A stretch of DNA of 32,000 bases from an archaeon (GCA_024277355.1 JAJRVL010000004.1:480001-512000); one strand, 5' to 3'. Positions 1 to 9,335 are shown, counted from the first letter of the stretch. The notes: generated by a model not told the origin, from the sequence alone. Numbers and translations: made by a program.

Positions 1-1
1 T

Positions 2-919
2 TTATCTGAAAACAAAACAGTTTTTCCTGAAAATTTTTCTTTAAGGTTTGTTCTGCCGAATGAATCAAAATCAATTTTAACCGTTCCTGAAACAAAAGTT
101 TTTTCTAAAACAACTGAATTTAAAGGAATAAATTCAAATGAATTTTCTTTAAGTTATTTAATTGAAAAAAAACCAGAAAAAATTGCAATAAAGAAAACTC
201 AAATTGAAATTAACGTAAAAGAAAATGGTTTTGGGTTTATTTCAGAAAAATATTTCTTTGAATTCAGGAACCAGGAAGAATCAGAGTACTTTATTGAAAA
301 AGCACAAAACAATGGTTCAAGTTTATTAAGCTGGATTGCATTTGACAACAGAATTTTCCCCCATATAAAAGAAAATGAATTTGACTTAAAAAATGCTTCA
401 GTTGAATTTGTAGAAAACGGATTAGAAAACAGTTTTTTGCAGATTATATATGAAAATGAAACACCAGTATTCATAGAAAAAAAAGAAAGACAAGGAAGAT
501 TTGTTGAATGGGAATTTAACTTAAAAAAATTAAATGAATTTACTTCATCAGGATTAATAATTTTTCCTGAAAACTTTTTCTTAGAAATAATTCTTCCATT
601 AAATGCAGAAATAAAAGAAACAGATTTAGAGGAAAGAAACGGAAAAGTTTTAATGCAAGGATATAAAAGTACAAGTAAAATAAACATTGTTTATGTAATA
701 AAAGAAAATATTGCTCCTGCATTTAATTTGTCTTTAGTTATTCAAAGAATTGTTTCAGAAAAAGAAGCAAGCCCAATTATTGCAGGAATAATACTTTTAA
801 TTTTAGTTATAGTTTATTTAAAAAAAGACAGTTTAACTGAAAAAACAGAAAACTTTATTATTAAAAATTCTTCAATTAAAAAAAGAGAACAAACAGAAGA
901 AATAGAAATAGATGAATAA
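2..919 (+). CDS. hypothetical C-terminally membrane-anchored (surface?) protein, 5' end lies outside the window
   Basis: Hand translation of frame 2 from base 2 (LSENKTVFPENFSLRFVLPNESKS...) runs without a stop into the tracked 437..919 ORF, so the gene begins upstream of the window. It has a single C-terminal hydrophobic helix (SPIIAGIILLILVIVYL) followed by a K/E-rich tail. No family recognised. Confidence 0.5.
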   Translation, partial: LSENKTVFPENFSLRFVLPNESKSILTVPETKVFSKTTEFKGINSNEFSLSYLIEKKPEKIAIKKTQIEINVKENGFGFISEKYFFEFRNQEESEYFIEKAQNNGSSLLSWIAFDNRIFPHIKENEFDLKNASVEFVENGLENSFLQIIYENETPVFIEKKERQGRFVEWEFNLKKLNEFTSSGLIIFPENFFLEIILPLNAEIKETDLEERNGKVLMQGYKSTSKINIVYVIKENIAPAFNLSLVIQRIVSEKEASPIIAGIILLILVIVYLKKDSLTEKTENFIIKNSSIKKREQTEEIEIDE

Positions 920-974
920 AAAAAACTTTTAGAAAAAAACTTGAACAAAAAAATAGAAAAAGGAGAATAAATTT

Positions 975-1214
975 TTAGACTCCTGTTGCTAATTCGTCTC
1001 CGTCTGTTGGATCATCAACTGCTCTGCAACCAGTGTCTCCACCAAGATATTTAATTGGTGCTACGCCGTCTCCAGAACCTAACAAAACAGGTTGAGGATA
1101 CAAATTATCACCCATTCCATCTAATTCAGGAACAAAACCTGTGCTATCAATAAGAGCAGAAGCAAAACTGCTTAAAACAATTAAACAAATTCCTATTAAT
1201 AATAATTTCTTCAT
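975..1214 (-). CDS. small secreted acidic Gly/Asp/Pro-rich protein (79 aa), function unknown
   Basis: The N-terminus looks like a signal peptide (MKKLLLIGICLIVLSSFASA). The remaining ~59 aa are acidic and G/D/P-rich (GSGDGV, GGDTGC, DDPTDGDE). The locus is visibly richer in G+C than its neighbours, which the amino-acid composition explains. The ORF is short, so coding status is not certain. Confidence 0.5.
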   Translation of the reverse strand: MKKLLLIGICLIVLSSFASALIDSTGFVPELDGMGDNLYPQPVLLGSGDGVAPIKYLGGDTGCRAVDDPTDGDELATGV

Positions 1215-1279
1215 TTTTCACGCCTCCAAAATAAACTAAATCGATTATATTGTAATTATTAGGAAATAAAAAGGTTTGC

Positions 1280-2674
1280 TTAAGAAAAATAATTCTTTAA
1301 AGAAGACTGGGTTTCTTGTTTTACTTCTTCAGTTTTTTCTTCTGATTGTTTTTCTTTGGTTTTTTCAAAGAAACTTCCATTTATTCCTTCTAAAGGTTTT
1401 CTTGCTGCGCCAAAAAAATTAATTGTTTTTGCTTCATCAAAAATTACTTTAACTTTTTTTGTTTCAGGTTTAGTGTTTAATAAAAAAGCAATTTCTTTTT
1501 CAGTTAACTCAAATTTAGCTGAAAACCTTACTGCAAAATCTTTATTAGAAAAACATTGTTTAATAAAAGGCAAATCTGATGCAATAATTTCTTTTGTAGA
1601 GGAATGAATTTCATTTGACATTTTTGATGCAATAGATTTTTTTGTTTCCCTTAAAGAAGAATTTCTGTTTAACCTTGAAATAAAAACAGGGAACTGGTAC
1701 ATAATAAAATTCCTGTTAGGTTTTTCTTTTGACATGCTTACTCCAGTTGACATTAATTCAGAACTATATCTTAGAAAGCCGTAATGCTGTCTTCTTCTAA
1801 TTCTTCCATTAAATACATCTGCTTTGCTTAATTTTTCAAAAGCATTAGCTATTTCATTTATATCAGAAAATTGTCTTGGAATGTTTTCTTCAATCCATTT
1901 CATTAATAAATCTGAATCAATATCGGCAGAAAACCTTGCGTTTCTTGCTTCACTAAAAGTTTCTGCAGTAAAAATTTTTCTTAAAACCTTAAAGACATCT
2001 TCTTGTTTTTCTCGGTAACCTAAAGATTCAATATCTTTTAATGAAACTTTTTTAGTTAATGCAAGAGTATGCAAATCAATTAATGCACTTCTCATGTCTC
2101 CTGCAGAATTTTTAGCTAATAATTCAATTGCTTCTTCTTCAACTTCAATGCCTTCAGTTACACATAATTCTTTTAGTCTTTTAGACATAGATAAATAATT
2201 TATTTTTTTAAACTTCATTAAAGCACAGTTGTTTCTTATAGTCATTAATTTTTTTTCTCCGTAAACTTTGTTTGCAGTAAGAATTACAGGATTTTGAGAT
2301 TCTTTTAAAATTTTATTTATTGCTGTTCCTCCTCCCCTGTCAGCTGAACTTAAAGCATCAATTTCATCAAATAAAATTAATCTTTTTTCTCCTGTAAAAG
2401 AAGAATTCATTGCAGCAGAACCTGCAATTTTTTCTATTGAATCTTTGTTCCTGAAATCTGATGCATTTAATTCAAATACACTCCAAGAATTAATTTTTGC
2501 AAGAAGATATGCTAAAGTTGTTTTGCCTGAACCAGTTTGCCCGAAAAAAAGCAGTGGCTTTTGTATTTTACCTGAATTCCATTCTTTACTCCAGACTAAA
2601 GCTTTCTGCACTAAATCTGTGTTCCCTATAAATTCTTCAAGGTTTTTTGGATTAAATTTTTCTGTCCAGAGCAT
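1280..2674 (-). CDS. rfcL: replication factor C (clamp loader) large subunit
   Basis: N-terminal WTEKFNPKNLEEFIGN (RFC box II-like), Walker A GQTGSGKT, ELNASDFRNKD, Walker B LILFDEIDAL, ILTAN. The C-terminus QSSLKNYF(S) is a canonical PIP box (Q-x-x-L-x-x-Y-F) at 1286..1309. I moved the start to the internal ATG at 2674 (MLWTEKF). The tracked 37-aa extension is hydrophobic, non-conserved-looking sequence and overlaps the divergent gene. Confidence 0.85.
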   Translation of the reverse strand: MLWTEKFNPKNLEEFIGNTDLVQKALVWSKEWNSGKIQKPLLFFGQTGSGKTTLAYLLAKINSWSVFELNASDFRNKDSIEKIAGSAAMNSSFTGEKRLILFDEIDALSSADRGGGTAINKILKESQNPVILTANKVYGEKKLMTIRNNCALMKFKKINYLSMSKRLKELCVTEGIEVEEEAIELLAKNSAGDMRSALIDLHTLALTKKVSLKDIESLGYREKQEDVFKVLRKIFTAETFSEARNARFSADIDSDLLMKWIEENIPRQFSDINEIANAFEKLSKADVFNGRIRRRQHYGFLRYSSELMSTGVSMSKEKPNRNFIMYQFPVFISRLNRNSSLRETKKSIASKMSNEIHSSTKEIIASDLPFIKQCFSNKDFAVRFSAKFELTEKEIAFLLNTKPETKKVKVIFDEAKTINFFGAARKPLEGINGSFFEKTKEKQSEEKTEEVKQETQSSLKNYFS

Positions 2675-2721
2675 AATGATATAATTAAAGAAGTTAATGC
2701 ATAAAAAATCATTTGATTGAC

Positions 2722-3912
2722 ATGCAAATAGGCGTAGTAGGAAAACCAAACACTGGAAAAAGCACTTTTTTTTCTGCTGCAACATTAATTGATGTTGAAA
2801 TGCAGAATTATCCTTTTACTACAATTGAACCAAATAAAGGAATAGGTTTTGTTAGAGTTGAATGTGCAGATAAAGATTTTAATGTTCAATGCAATCCAAG
2901 ATCAGGGTATTGTATTAAAGGAACAAGATTTGTTCCAGTGGAGTTAATTGATGTTGCAGGATTAGTTCCTGGTGCAGCAGAAGGAAAAGGTTTAGGCAAT
3001 AAATTCTTAGATGACCTTAGAAAAGCAGATGTATTAATTCATGTAATTGACTTAAGTGGAAGTACAAATGAAAAAGGAGAACCTGTTCCAAAAGGGAGTT
3101 ATAATCCAATAGAAGACGTATTGTTTTTAGAAAAAGAAATTGAATTATGGTTTTTAGGAATAATTAAAAAAAACTGGAGTAAATTTGCTAAAATTCCATT
3201 AAAAGAAAAAAATAAAAAATTAGAGATAATGGCGCAGAATTTAAGCGGTATTGGAGCAAGCTTACTGCAGATTGATAAAGCAGTATCAGAATTAAATTTA
3301 TGGGAAAAAACTTTTTCTGACTGGGAAGAAAAAGACTTTGAAAATTTTGCAGAAAAAATAAGAGAAAAATCAAAACCAATAGTTATTGCAGCAAATAAAG
3401 CAGATATTGCATCAGAAGAAAACTTAAAAAAATTAAAGGAAAGGTTTCCTGAAAAAATTATTATTGCCTGTTCTGCAATAAGTGAATTAACTTTAAAGAA
3501 AGCAGCAAAAGAAAAAAGCATTGAATATATTCCTGGAGAAAAAGAATTAAAGGAATTAAAAGACTTAAATGAAAACCAAAAAAAAGGAATAGATTATATT
3601 AAACAAAATGTTTTAAATAAATTTAATTCAACTGGAATTCAGGAAATATTAGATAAAGCTGTATTTGAATTACTTGAATTTATTGCAATTTTTCCCGGAG
3701 GAACAAAAGGTTTAACTGATTCAGAAGGAAGAGTTTTGCCTGACTGCTGGTTAATGCCAAAAGACAGTACAACATTAAATTTTGCTTTTGCAATTCATTC
3801 AGATATAGGGCAAAATTTTATCATGGCAATAGATGTAAAAACAAGACAAATGGTTGGAAAAGAACACAAACTAAAAAACAGAGATGTAATAGAAATAATT
3901 TTTAATAAATAA
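2722..3912 (+). CDS. ychF: Obg-family P-loop NTPase, YchF/OLA1-like, with C-terminal TGS-like domain
   Basis: G1 GVVGKPNTGKST, YPFTTIEPNKG (G2), DVAGLVPGAAEGKGLGNKFLDDLR (G3 plus the YchF signature), and a C-terminal IHSDIGQNFIMA...RDVIEIIF (TGS-like). The tracked start at 2713 is TTG. The first ATG at 2722 gives MQIGVVGKPNTGKS, which is the typical N-terminus. Confidence 0.8.
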   Translation: MQIGVVGKPNTGKSTFFSAATLIDVEMQNYPFTTIEPNKGIGFVRVECADKDFNVQCNPRSGYCIKGTRFVPVELIDVAGLVPGAAEGKGLGNKFLDDLRKADVLIHVIDLSGSTNEKGEPVPKGSYNPIEDVLFLEKEIELWFLGIIKKNWSKFAKIPLKEKNKKLEIMAQNLSGIGASLLQIDKAVSELNLWEKTFSDWEEKDFENFAEKIREKSKPIVIAANKADIASEENLKKLKERFPEKIIIACSAISELTLKKAAKEKSIEYIPGEKELKELKDLNENQKKGIDYIKQNVLNKFNSTGIQEILDKAVFELLEFIAIFPGGTKGLTDSEGRVLPDCWLMPKDSTTLNFAFAIHSDIGQNFIMAIDVKTRQMVGKEHKLKNRDVIEIIFNK

Positions 3913-3915
3913 TTA

Positions 3916-4281
3916 TTAAATTTTTCCTCTGAAAACTGAATCAAATTTTAAATCTAATTTCAAGCAGACTTTTTGTATATGATAGTCATCTGAAAGCAAA
4001 GGAAATTTTAATTCAAAAGCTAAAGCCAAAATAGAATAATCTGCTTCAGATAATTTATGCAGAATATTTAATTCTTTAGCAGCTTTTTTCACTAAAACAA
4101 GAGACTCTTTTTTTGGTTCAATTATTCTGATGTTATCCTGCTTTAAGCCTGATTCAATTAATTGTTTTGACCTTAAATCAATTATTTCATCAAGAATTTG
4201 ATTTGTAGTAAAATAAATATTTTCATCAAAAGAAAAATTAAAGTTGTTAAGAATTACAGCTGAATCCATTATATAATTCAT
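3916..4281 (-). CDS. PIN-domain nuclease (Nob1/VapC-like fold), no zinc ribbon
   Basis: The acidic residues fall in PIN-like positions: MDSAVIL (N-terminal D), TTNQILDEI, LSEADYSILALA, LLSDDYHIQ. At 121 aa it is too short to include the Zn ribbon of full-length archaeal Nob1. It converges on ychF with only a 3-bp gap. Confidence 0.55.
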   Translation of the reverse strand: MNYIMDSAVILNNFNFSFDENIYFTTNQILDEIIDLRSKQLIESGLKQDNIRIIEPKKESLVLVKKAAKELNILHKLSEADYSILALAFELKFPLLSDDYHIQKVCLKLDLKFDSVFRGKI

Positions 4282-4343
4282 AAAAGAAAAATGAAAGCAA
4301 ACAAATAAAAAGGTTATTATATAAATTTATATAATTGATTTTT

Positions 4344-6119
4344 ATGGATAAAAAACACATGCATTCTCCAAGATTAGATACAATTGCAATGGTTGAAAAT
4401 ACAATTAAAAAAAACAGGAATTTAAGCAAAACTGAATTATGGAAAAAACTTCCAAAACAAATGATGTATCAGACTTTTTCCACTGCAATAGATTATTTAA
4501 TTGAATTAAATAAAATAAAACTTAATGACAAAGGAAAAATTGAATGGATTGAACAGGAAAAAATAAGGTTAAATGAAAAACAGGAAACTGAAGAAAAAGA
4601 GTATGCTGTTGAAAATAAACAAAAAAATTCAATTGAAATTTCAGAAACTAGTTTAGATAGCGAAACAAAAAAAATTGTTTCAGAATTAAGTGAAATTGAA
4701 GGAAAAACCCTTAAAGTTTTAGCTGAAGAAAAACAAGAATTAAATGTTGAAGAATTAGCAGAAAAAGCAGGAATTGATTTGGATTCAGCAAGAAGAAGCA
4801 TCCAATGGTTAAATGAAAAAAAATTAGGCAAAGCACGAATAGAAAAATCAGTTTTTGTTTCTTTAGGAGAAGAAGGAATAAAAGTATTATCAAATGGTTT
4901 GCCTGAAAAAAATTTCTTAAAAGAAATAGGAAATACTTGGAAAAAAATAAGTGAAATTAAAAGCATTCCAAAACAGGAAATAAATATTGCTTTAGGAAAT
5001 GCAAAGAAAAAAAATTTAATTGAATTAAAAAAAGAAAAAGAATTAATGATTAAAGCAACAGAAAAAGGAAAAGAATTTATTGAAAAAAAATCAGAAGAAG
5101 AATTAATGTTAGAAAAGCTTTCAGACAAAGAATTTAACGAAAAATCATTTAATGAAAAAGAAAAACAAGTATTAAAATTTTTAGGTTTTAGGAAGAATTT
5201 TTTAAAGCATAAAGAAAAAGGAAACGAGTTTATTTTAATTACAGAAAAAGGAATTTCTGCTGTTCCGTTTCTTTCAGCAGTCAAAGAAAGAAAATATAAT
5301 TTAACTGATGCCGTAAAAGAAATTTATCCCGGAAAAAAACAGCCTTATTTTAAGTTTGTTGATGAAATAAAACAAAAACTTGTTTCATTAGGATTTAAAG
5401 AAATGAATAATCCTTTGATTGTACAGGAATTTTATAATTTTGATGTATTGTTTCAGCCTCAGAATCATTCTGCAAGAACATGGACTGACACATACAAATT
5501 AAAAAAACCTGAATTTGGAAAACTTCCTGATAAAAAAATAGTTAATGCAGTAAAATCCGCTCATGAAAACGGAGGAAAAACAAAATCTAAAGGATGGCAG
5601 TATAAATGGGAAGAAAAAATTGCTTCTCAGTTAATGCCTTCGGCTCATGGAACAGCACATTCAGCAAGACAATTAACTAAAGGCATTGAAGTTCCGGGAA
5701 AATATTTTACTATTGCAAGATGTTTTAGGCCTGATGTAGTTGATGCAACACATTTAATTGAATTTAATCAGCTTGAAGGGTTTGTTGCAGGAAAAAATTT
5801 TACTTTCAGGAAATTATTAGGATTATTAAAAGAATTTGCTGTTGAAGTTGCAGGAGCAGAAAAAGTAAAGTTTTTGCCTGATTATTATCCTTTTACTGAA
5901 CCTTCAGTTCAATTAAATGCACTTCATCCAAAATTAGGCTGGGTTGAATTTGGTGGAGCAGGGATATTCAGAAAAGAAATAACAGAAAATTTAGGAATAA
6001 AAGAAAAATGTTTAGCTTGGGGTCTTGGAATGGATAGATTAGCAATGTTTAAATTAAAATTAAATGACATAAGAGAATTATTTTCATATAATTTAAACTG
6101 GTTAAGGAAGGGAATTTAA
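4344..6119 (+). CDS. pheS: phenylalanine--tRNA ligase alpha subunit (archaeal type) with an extra N-terminal wHTH-like module
   Basis: Class II motifs are present: FRPDVVDATHLIEFNQLEG (motif 2) and GAGIFRKEI...AWGLGMDRLAM (motif 3). The tracked start at 4335 is TTG and the first ATG is 4344. A TATA-like TTATTATA lies at 4314..4321. The stop overlaps the pheT ATG (TAATG at 6117..6121). Confidence 0.9.
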   Translation: MDKKHMHSPRLDTIAMVENTIKKNRNLSKTELWKKLPKQMMYQTFSTAIDYLIELNKIKLNDKGKIEWIEQEKIRLNEKQETEEKEYAVENKQKNSIEISETSLDSETKKIVSELSEIEGKTLKVLAEEKQELNVEELAEKAGIDLDSARRSIQWLNEKKLGKARIEKSVFVSLGEEGIKVLSNGLPEKNFLKEIGNTWKKISEIKSIPKQEINIALGNAKKKNLIELKKEKELMIKATEKGKEFIEKKSEEELMLEKLSDKEFNEKSFNEKEKQVLKFLGFRKNFLKHKEKGNEFILITEKGISAVPFLSAVKERKYNLTDAVKEIYPGKKQPYFKFVDEIKQKLVSLGFKEMNNPLIVQEFYNFDVLFQPQNHSARTWTDTYKLKKPEFGKLPDKKIVNAVKSAHENGGKTKSKGWQYKWEEKIASQLMPSAHGTAHSARQLTKGIEVPGKYFTIARCFRPDVVDATHLIEFNQLEGFVAGKNFTFRKLLGLLKEFAVEVAGAEKVKFLPDYYPFTEPSVQLNALHPKLGWVEFGGAGIFRKEITENLGIKEKCLAWGLGMDRLAMFKLKLNDIRELFSYNLNWLRKGI

Positions 6120-7753
6120 TGCCTACAATTACTTCATCAAAAAAAGACTTGGAAAATTTAACTGGAAAAAGCTTTACTAAAGAAGAATTAGAAGATGTAC
6201 TGCTTTGTGTTAAAGGAGAATTAGATTCAATAGAAGAAGATGAATTAAAAATTGATATAAAAGAAACAAACAGACCTGATTTATGGTCAACTGAAGGAAT
6301 TGCAAGAGAAATTAAAAGTTATATTGGAAAAGAAAAAGGAATTCCAGAATACAAAGTTTTGAAAGGAAAAAGAAAAGCTTTAATTGATAAAAATCTGGAA
6401 GGAATAAGGCCTAAAGCAGCTTATGCTGAAATAAGAGACATAAAAATCACAGAAGAAATACTACTCCAGATAATTCAGTTGCAGGAAAAAATCTGCCAAG
6501 GTTACGGCAAAAAAAGAGAACAAATTGCAATAGGCGTGTTTGATTTAGATAAAGTTAAAGGAAACGTAAAGTATTTTGCTGCTGAACCTTCATTTGAATT
6601 TATTCCTTTAGGTTTTAATGAAAACATGTCTTTAAGAGAAATACTAATTAAGCATCCAAAAGGAAAAGAATACGGAAAATTAATTGAAAAAAAAGAAAAA
6701 TTTCCTTTATTGATTGATGAAAACAATAAAGTTTTGTCTCTGCCTCCAATAATTAATTCTGATGAATCAGGAAAAGTTACAACAGAAACAAAAAATTTGT
6801 TTGTCGATGTAACAGGATTTAACCAGGAAAAAATTGATTTAGCATTAAAGATTATGTGCATGGCTTTAGCAGACAGGAAAGGAAAAATTTATTCAGTTGA
6901 ATTAAATTACGGAAAGAAAAAATTTAACAGCATGCAATTCAAAAAAGAAAAAATTTCTTTTGAATTAAAAGAAGTAAATGAATTATTAGGAACAGATTTT
7001 TCAAAAAAAGAAATATTAAAGTTAATGGAAAAAAGAAGAATAAAAGGAACAATTAAAGGAAACAAATTAACTGCAGAATTCGGAGATTACAGAAAAGATA
7101 TAATTCATGCATGGGACGTAATTGAAGACATTGCAATAGCCTTTGATTTTAATAAATTTATTCCAGAAAAATTAAATGTTTTTACTTTAGGAAGCATAAA
7201 AGATGAAAGCAGAAAATTAAAGGATTTAAGAGAATTATGTGTTGGATTTGGATTACAGGAAATTGCTTCAAATCATTTAACTTCAAAAGAAGTTCAATGC
7301 ATTAAAATGAATTCAAAAAATGAATTTGTTGAAATTACTAATCCTGTTTCATCTAACTGGGAAATATTCAGAAAAAACCTGCTTTCTGAAAGCCTTGATT
7401 TTTTAAGCAAAAACAAGCATTGTTCTTTTCCTCAAAAAATATTTGAAGTAGGAAGAACAGTTGAATTAAATTCAGAAAAAGAAACCGGAATAGCAGAGAA
7501 ATGGAAGTTATGCATTTGCATCAGCCATTCAAAAACAAACTTTAATGAAATTAAATCAATTTTGGAAGCAATATCAAGAGAACTGAAATTAAATCATTCA
7601 ATAAAAGAAAAAAACCTTTCTTTTTTTGAAAACGGAAAATCTGCAGTAATTTCTTTTAAAGAAAAAAAAGGTTTTATTGGAGAAGTAAACGAAAAAACAA
7701 TGCAAAACTTTGGATTAGAAACAAAAGTTTCTGTATTAGAAATAGAAATATAA
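6119..7753 (+). CDS. pheT: phenylalanine--tRNA ligase beta subunit (archaeal type)
   Basis: The N-terminus MPTITSSKKDLENLTGK...ETNRPDLWSTEGIAREIK is typical of archaeal PheT. The ~540 aa size fits, and it is translationally coupled to pheS. Confidence 0.85.
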   Translation: MPTITSSKKDLENLTGKSFTKEELEDVLLCVKGELDSIEEDELKIDIKETNRPDLWSTEGIAREIKSYIGKEKGIPEYKVLKGKRKALIDKNLEGIRPKAAYAEIRDIKITEEILLQIIQLQEKICQGYGKKREQIAIGVFDLDKVKGNVKYFAAEPSFEFIPLGFNENMSLREILIKHPKGKEYGKLIEKKEKFPLLIDENNKVLSLPPIINSDESGKVTTETKNLFVDVTGFNQEKIDLALKIMCMALADRKGKIYSVELNYGKKKFNSMQFKKEKISFELKEVNELLGTDFSKKEILKLMEKRRIKGTIKGNKLTAEFGDYRKDIIHAWDVIEDIAIAFDFNKFIPEKLNVFTLGSIKDESRKLKDLRELCVGFGLQEIASNHLTSKEVQCIKMNSKNEFVEITNPVSSNWEIFRKNLLSESLDFLSKNKHCSFPQKIFEVGRTVELNSEKETGIAEKWKLCICISHSKTNFNEIKSILEAISRELKLNHSIKEKNLSFFENGKSAVISFKEKKGFIGEVNEKTMQNFGLETKVSVLEIEI

Positions 7754-7774
7754 AAAAATGGAAAAGAAAAAAAA

Positions 7775-8077
7775 TTATTCTTTAGGGTCAGGGAATAATT
7801 CTTCTTTGGTTTCTTCAGCTAATTCTGATTCTTCTTTTAAGACTTTTTCTTTGATTAAATCCATTTCAGTGTTTTTTCTTTTCATTCTGACAAGAGAATA
7901 AAAATATGCATTAATTATTGCATCCAAATCTAAAGTTCTCTTAAACCCCATTCTTGCAACTTCTTCAAAATAAAGTTTAACCATTCTAAAAGCCATTTCT
8001 TCATCAGAAATTGAAGAATTTGATTTAATTGAAGGTTTAGCTAAAGGTTTGGTTTTGAGTAATTTCTTTTTTACCAT
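7775..8077 (-). CDS. hypothetical small protein (100 aa): basic N-terminus, helical core, acidic C-terminus
   Basis: Clean ORF with ATG start on the same strand as orc1/cdc6 and 37 bp downstream of it. No motif recognised. Confidence 0.4.
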   Translation of the reverse strand: MVKKKLLKTKPLAKPSIKSNSSISDEEMAFRMVKLYFEEVARMGFKRTLDLDAIINAYFYSLVRMKRKNTEMDLIKEKVLKEESELAEETKEELFPDPKE

Positions 8078-8114
8078 TAATAATCCCTTAAATTAACTTT
8101 AAACAGCACAATAT

Positions 8115-9239
8115 TTAAGTCTTTTCTTTTATGAAATTTTCCAATGATTCTTTCGGCACTTTCAAAGAAATAAACTTGCTTTTTCCTTTAGGTTTTACAT
8201 TGATTAAAGGAGCAGAAATTAAATTCATTAACTCTAATTTAGAAATAACTGCACGAAACTGCCTTAATTCTAAATGATTTTGAATTTTAGAATATTTTTC
8301 AAATAATTCCCCTGAATAAACTCCGTCAAAAGAAGAAATTAATTTAATTAGATTTTTTTCCTGTTTACTTAAAAAAGGAAAAGTTTTTTTTATTACAGCT
8401 GAATCCATTAAAGAAAAAGCTTTTTTTAAATGACTTAAAGAAACTTTGTTTGTGTTTTCTTTTTCTGCAATTCTGCCTGCTTTTAACAAAGATTCAATTC
8501 CAATCCTTGCATCCCCGCCTAACTTAGCTGAATGAGCTGCAGCAACATCAATTACATTTTTATCCAAAACATTATCAAAAAAAGCAAGCTCAGTTCTTTC
8601 CCTTAAAATGTCCTTTAACTGTTTAGGCGAATATTTTTCAAAAACAATTGATTCTGCTCTTAAACTGCTTTTAATTCTTGCATCTAAGTTAGAAGTAAGC
8701 ATAAAATCATTTGAAATCAAAATTAAACCAAAATATATTTTCTCTGATTCAAGTCTAAGCAAATCATATAAAAGTTTTTCTCCGTCTTTTGCAAGCAGTT
8801 GATCTGCTTCATCTAAAATAATTACAGGAACAAAATTACAGTTCTTCATATAATCAAGCATTCTTGAATAAATTTCATCTGCAGCTAAACCTCTTCTAGG
8901 CAAAGCTGCACCGACAAAATTTGCAATCAAAAACAAAACTGAATTTCTTGAATTAAATTCAAAGCAGTTAATGTAAAGGCTTTTGGCTCTTCCTGAAAGT
9001 TCTTCTAATTGAGACAACACAAATTTAGATGAAACTGTCTTGCCTGTTCCGGGAGTTCCAACTACAACTGCATTTAAAGGTTTTTTTCCTGAAAGAAGTG
9101 GTTTAAAACAAAAAGCTAAACCATCAATTTCTTTTTCTCTGTGAGGAAGTTTTTCAGGAAGAAATTCAGAATATAAAGCTCTTTCATCCTTAAAGATTTC
9201 ATTAATTCTTGAATGTTTTGAAAAAATATTTTCAGCCAT
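8115..9239 (-). CDS. cdc6: Orc1/Cdc6 replication initiator
   Basis: LPHREKEIDGLA (the conserved R-E of Orc1/Cdc6), Walker A GTPGTGKT, Walker B VIILDEADQL, and a C-terminal winged-helix-sized region. I moved the start to the ATG at 9239 (MAENIFSKHS), because the tracked 13-aa extension (MFVFNFCCVYFVF) looks non-coding. Confidence 0.9.
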   Translation of the reverse strand: MAENIFSKHSRINEIFKDERALYSEFLPEKLPHREKEIDGLAFCFKPLLSGKKPLNAVVVGTPGTGKTVSSKFVLSQLEELSGRAKSLYINCFEFNSRNSVLFLIANFVGAALPRRGLAADEIYSRMLDYMKNCNFVPVIILDEADQLLAKDGEKLLYDLLRLESEKIYFGLILISNDFMLTSNLDARIKSSLRAESIVFEKYSPKQLKDILRERTELAFFDNVLDKNVIDVAAAHSAKLGGDARIGIESLLKAGRIAEKENTNKVSLSHLKKAFSLMDSAVIKKTFPFLSKQEKNLIKLISSFDGVYSGELFEKYSKIQNHLELRQFRAVISKLELMNLISAPLINVKPKGKSKFISLKVPKESLENFIKEKT

Positions 9240-9335
9240 AAAAACAAAATAAACACAACAAAAATTAAAAACAAACACATTGCAAAAAACACAACAAAAA
9301 AAACAGAAATATAATAAATATATAAATAATATATA

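Noticed and set aside
2675-2785. Tracked N-terminal extensions of rfcL (37 aa), cdc6 (13 aa, 9240..9278) and the TTG/GTG-extended starts of ychF, pheS, rfcS and the S2P gene.
   Set aside because: The conserved family N-termini begin at the internal ATGs. The extensions are hydrophobic or nonsense-like. In the rfcL case the extension overlaps the divergent ychF gene and would leave no promoter space.
4493-5284. Long antisense ORFs. The 263-aa ORF here lies opposite pheS. Similar ones occur at 199..687, 1356..1607, 3099..3521, 6502..6861, 9538..9942, 15133..15537, 19397..19684, 22811..23188 and 27123..27386.
   Set aside because: All lie opposite genes with strong family motifs. Their translations are F/S/L/I-rich and low-complexity, which is the mirror image of K/E/N-rich sense codons (AAA/GAA read as TTT/TTC). 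Stop codons are rare in that antisense frame purely through composition.
9240-9335. Possible replication origin next to orc1/cdc6. The stretch is very A-rich, has a 13-nt direct repeat AACACAACAAAAA (9252..9264 and 9288..9300), and ends in an alternating TA segment.
   Set aside because: I found no ORB or mini-ORB-like element (no G-string, no dyad of adequate length). The repeat is low-complexity and the region is only 96 bp. Origin status cannot be supported without skew analysis of the whole replicon or comparison with relatives.
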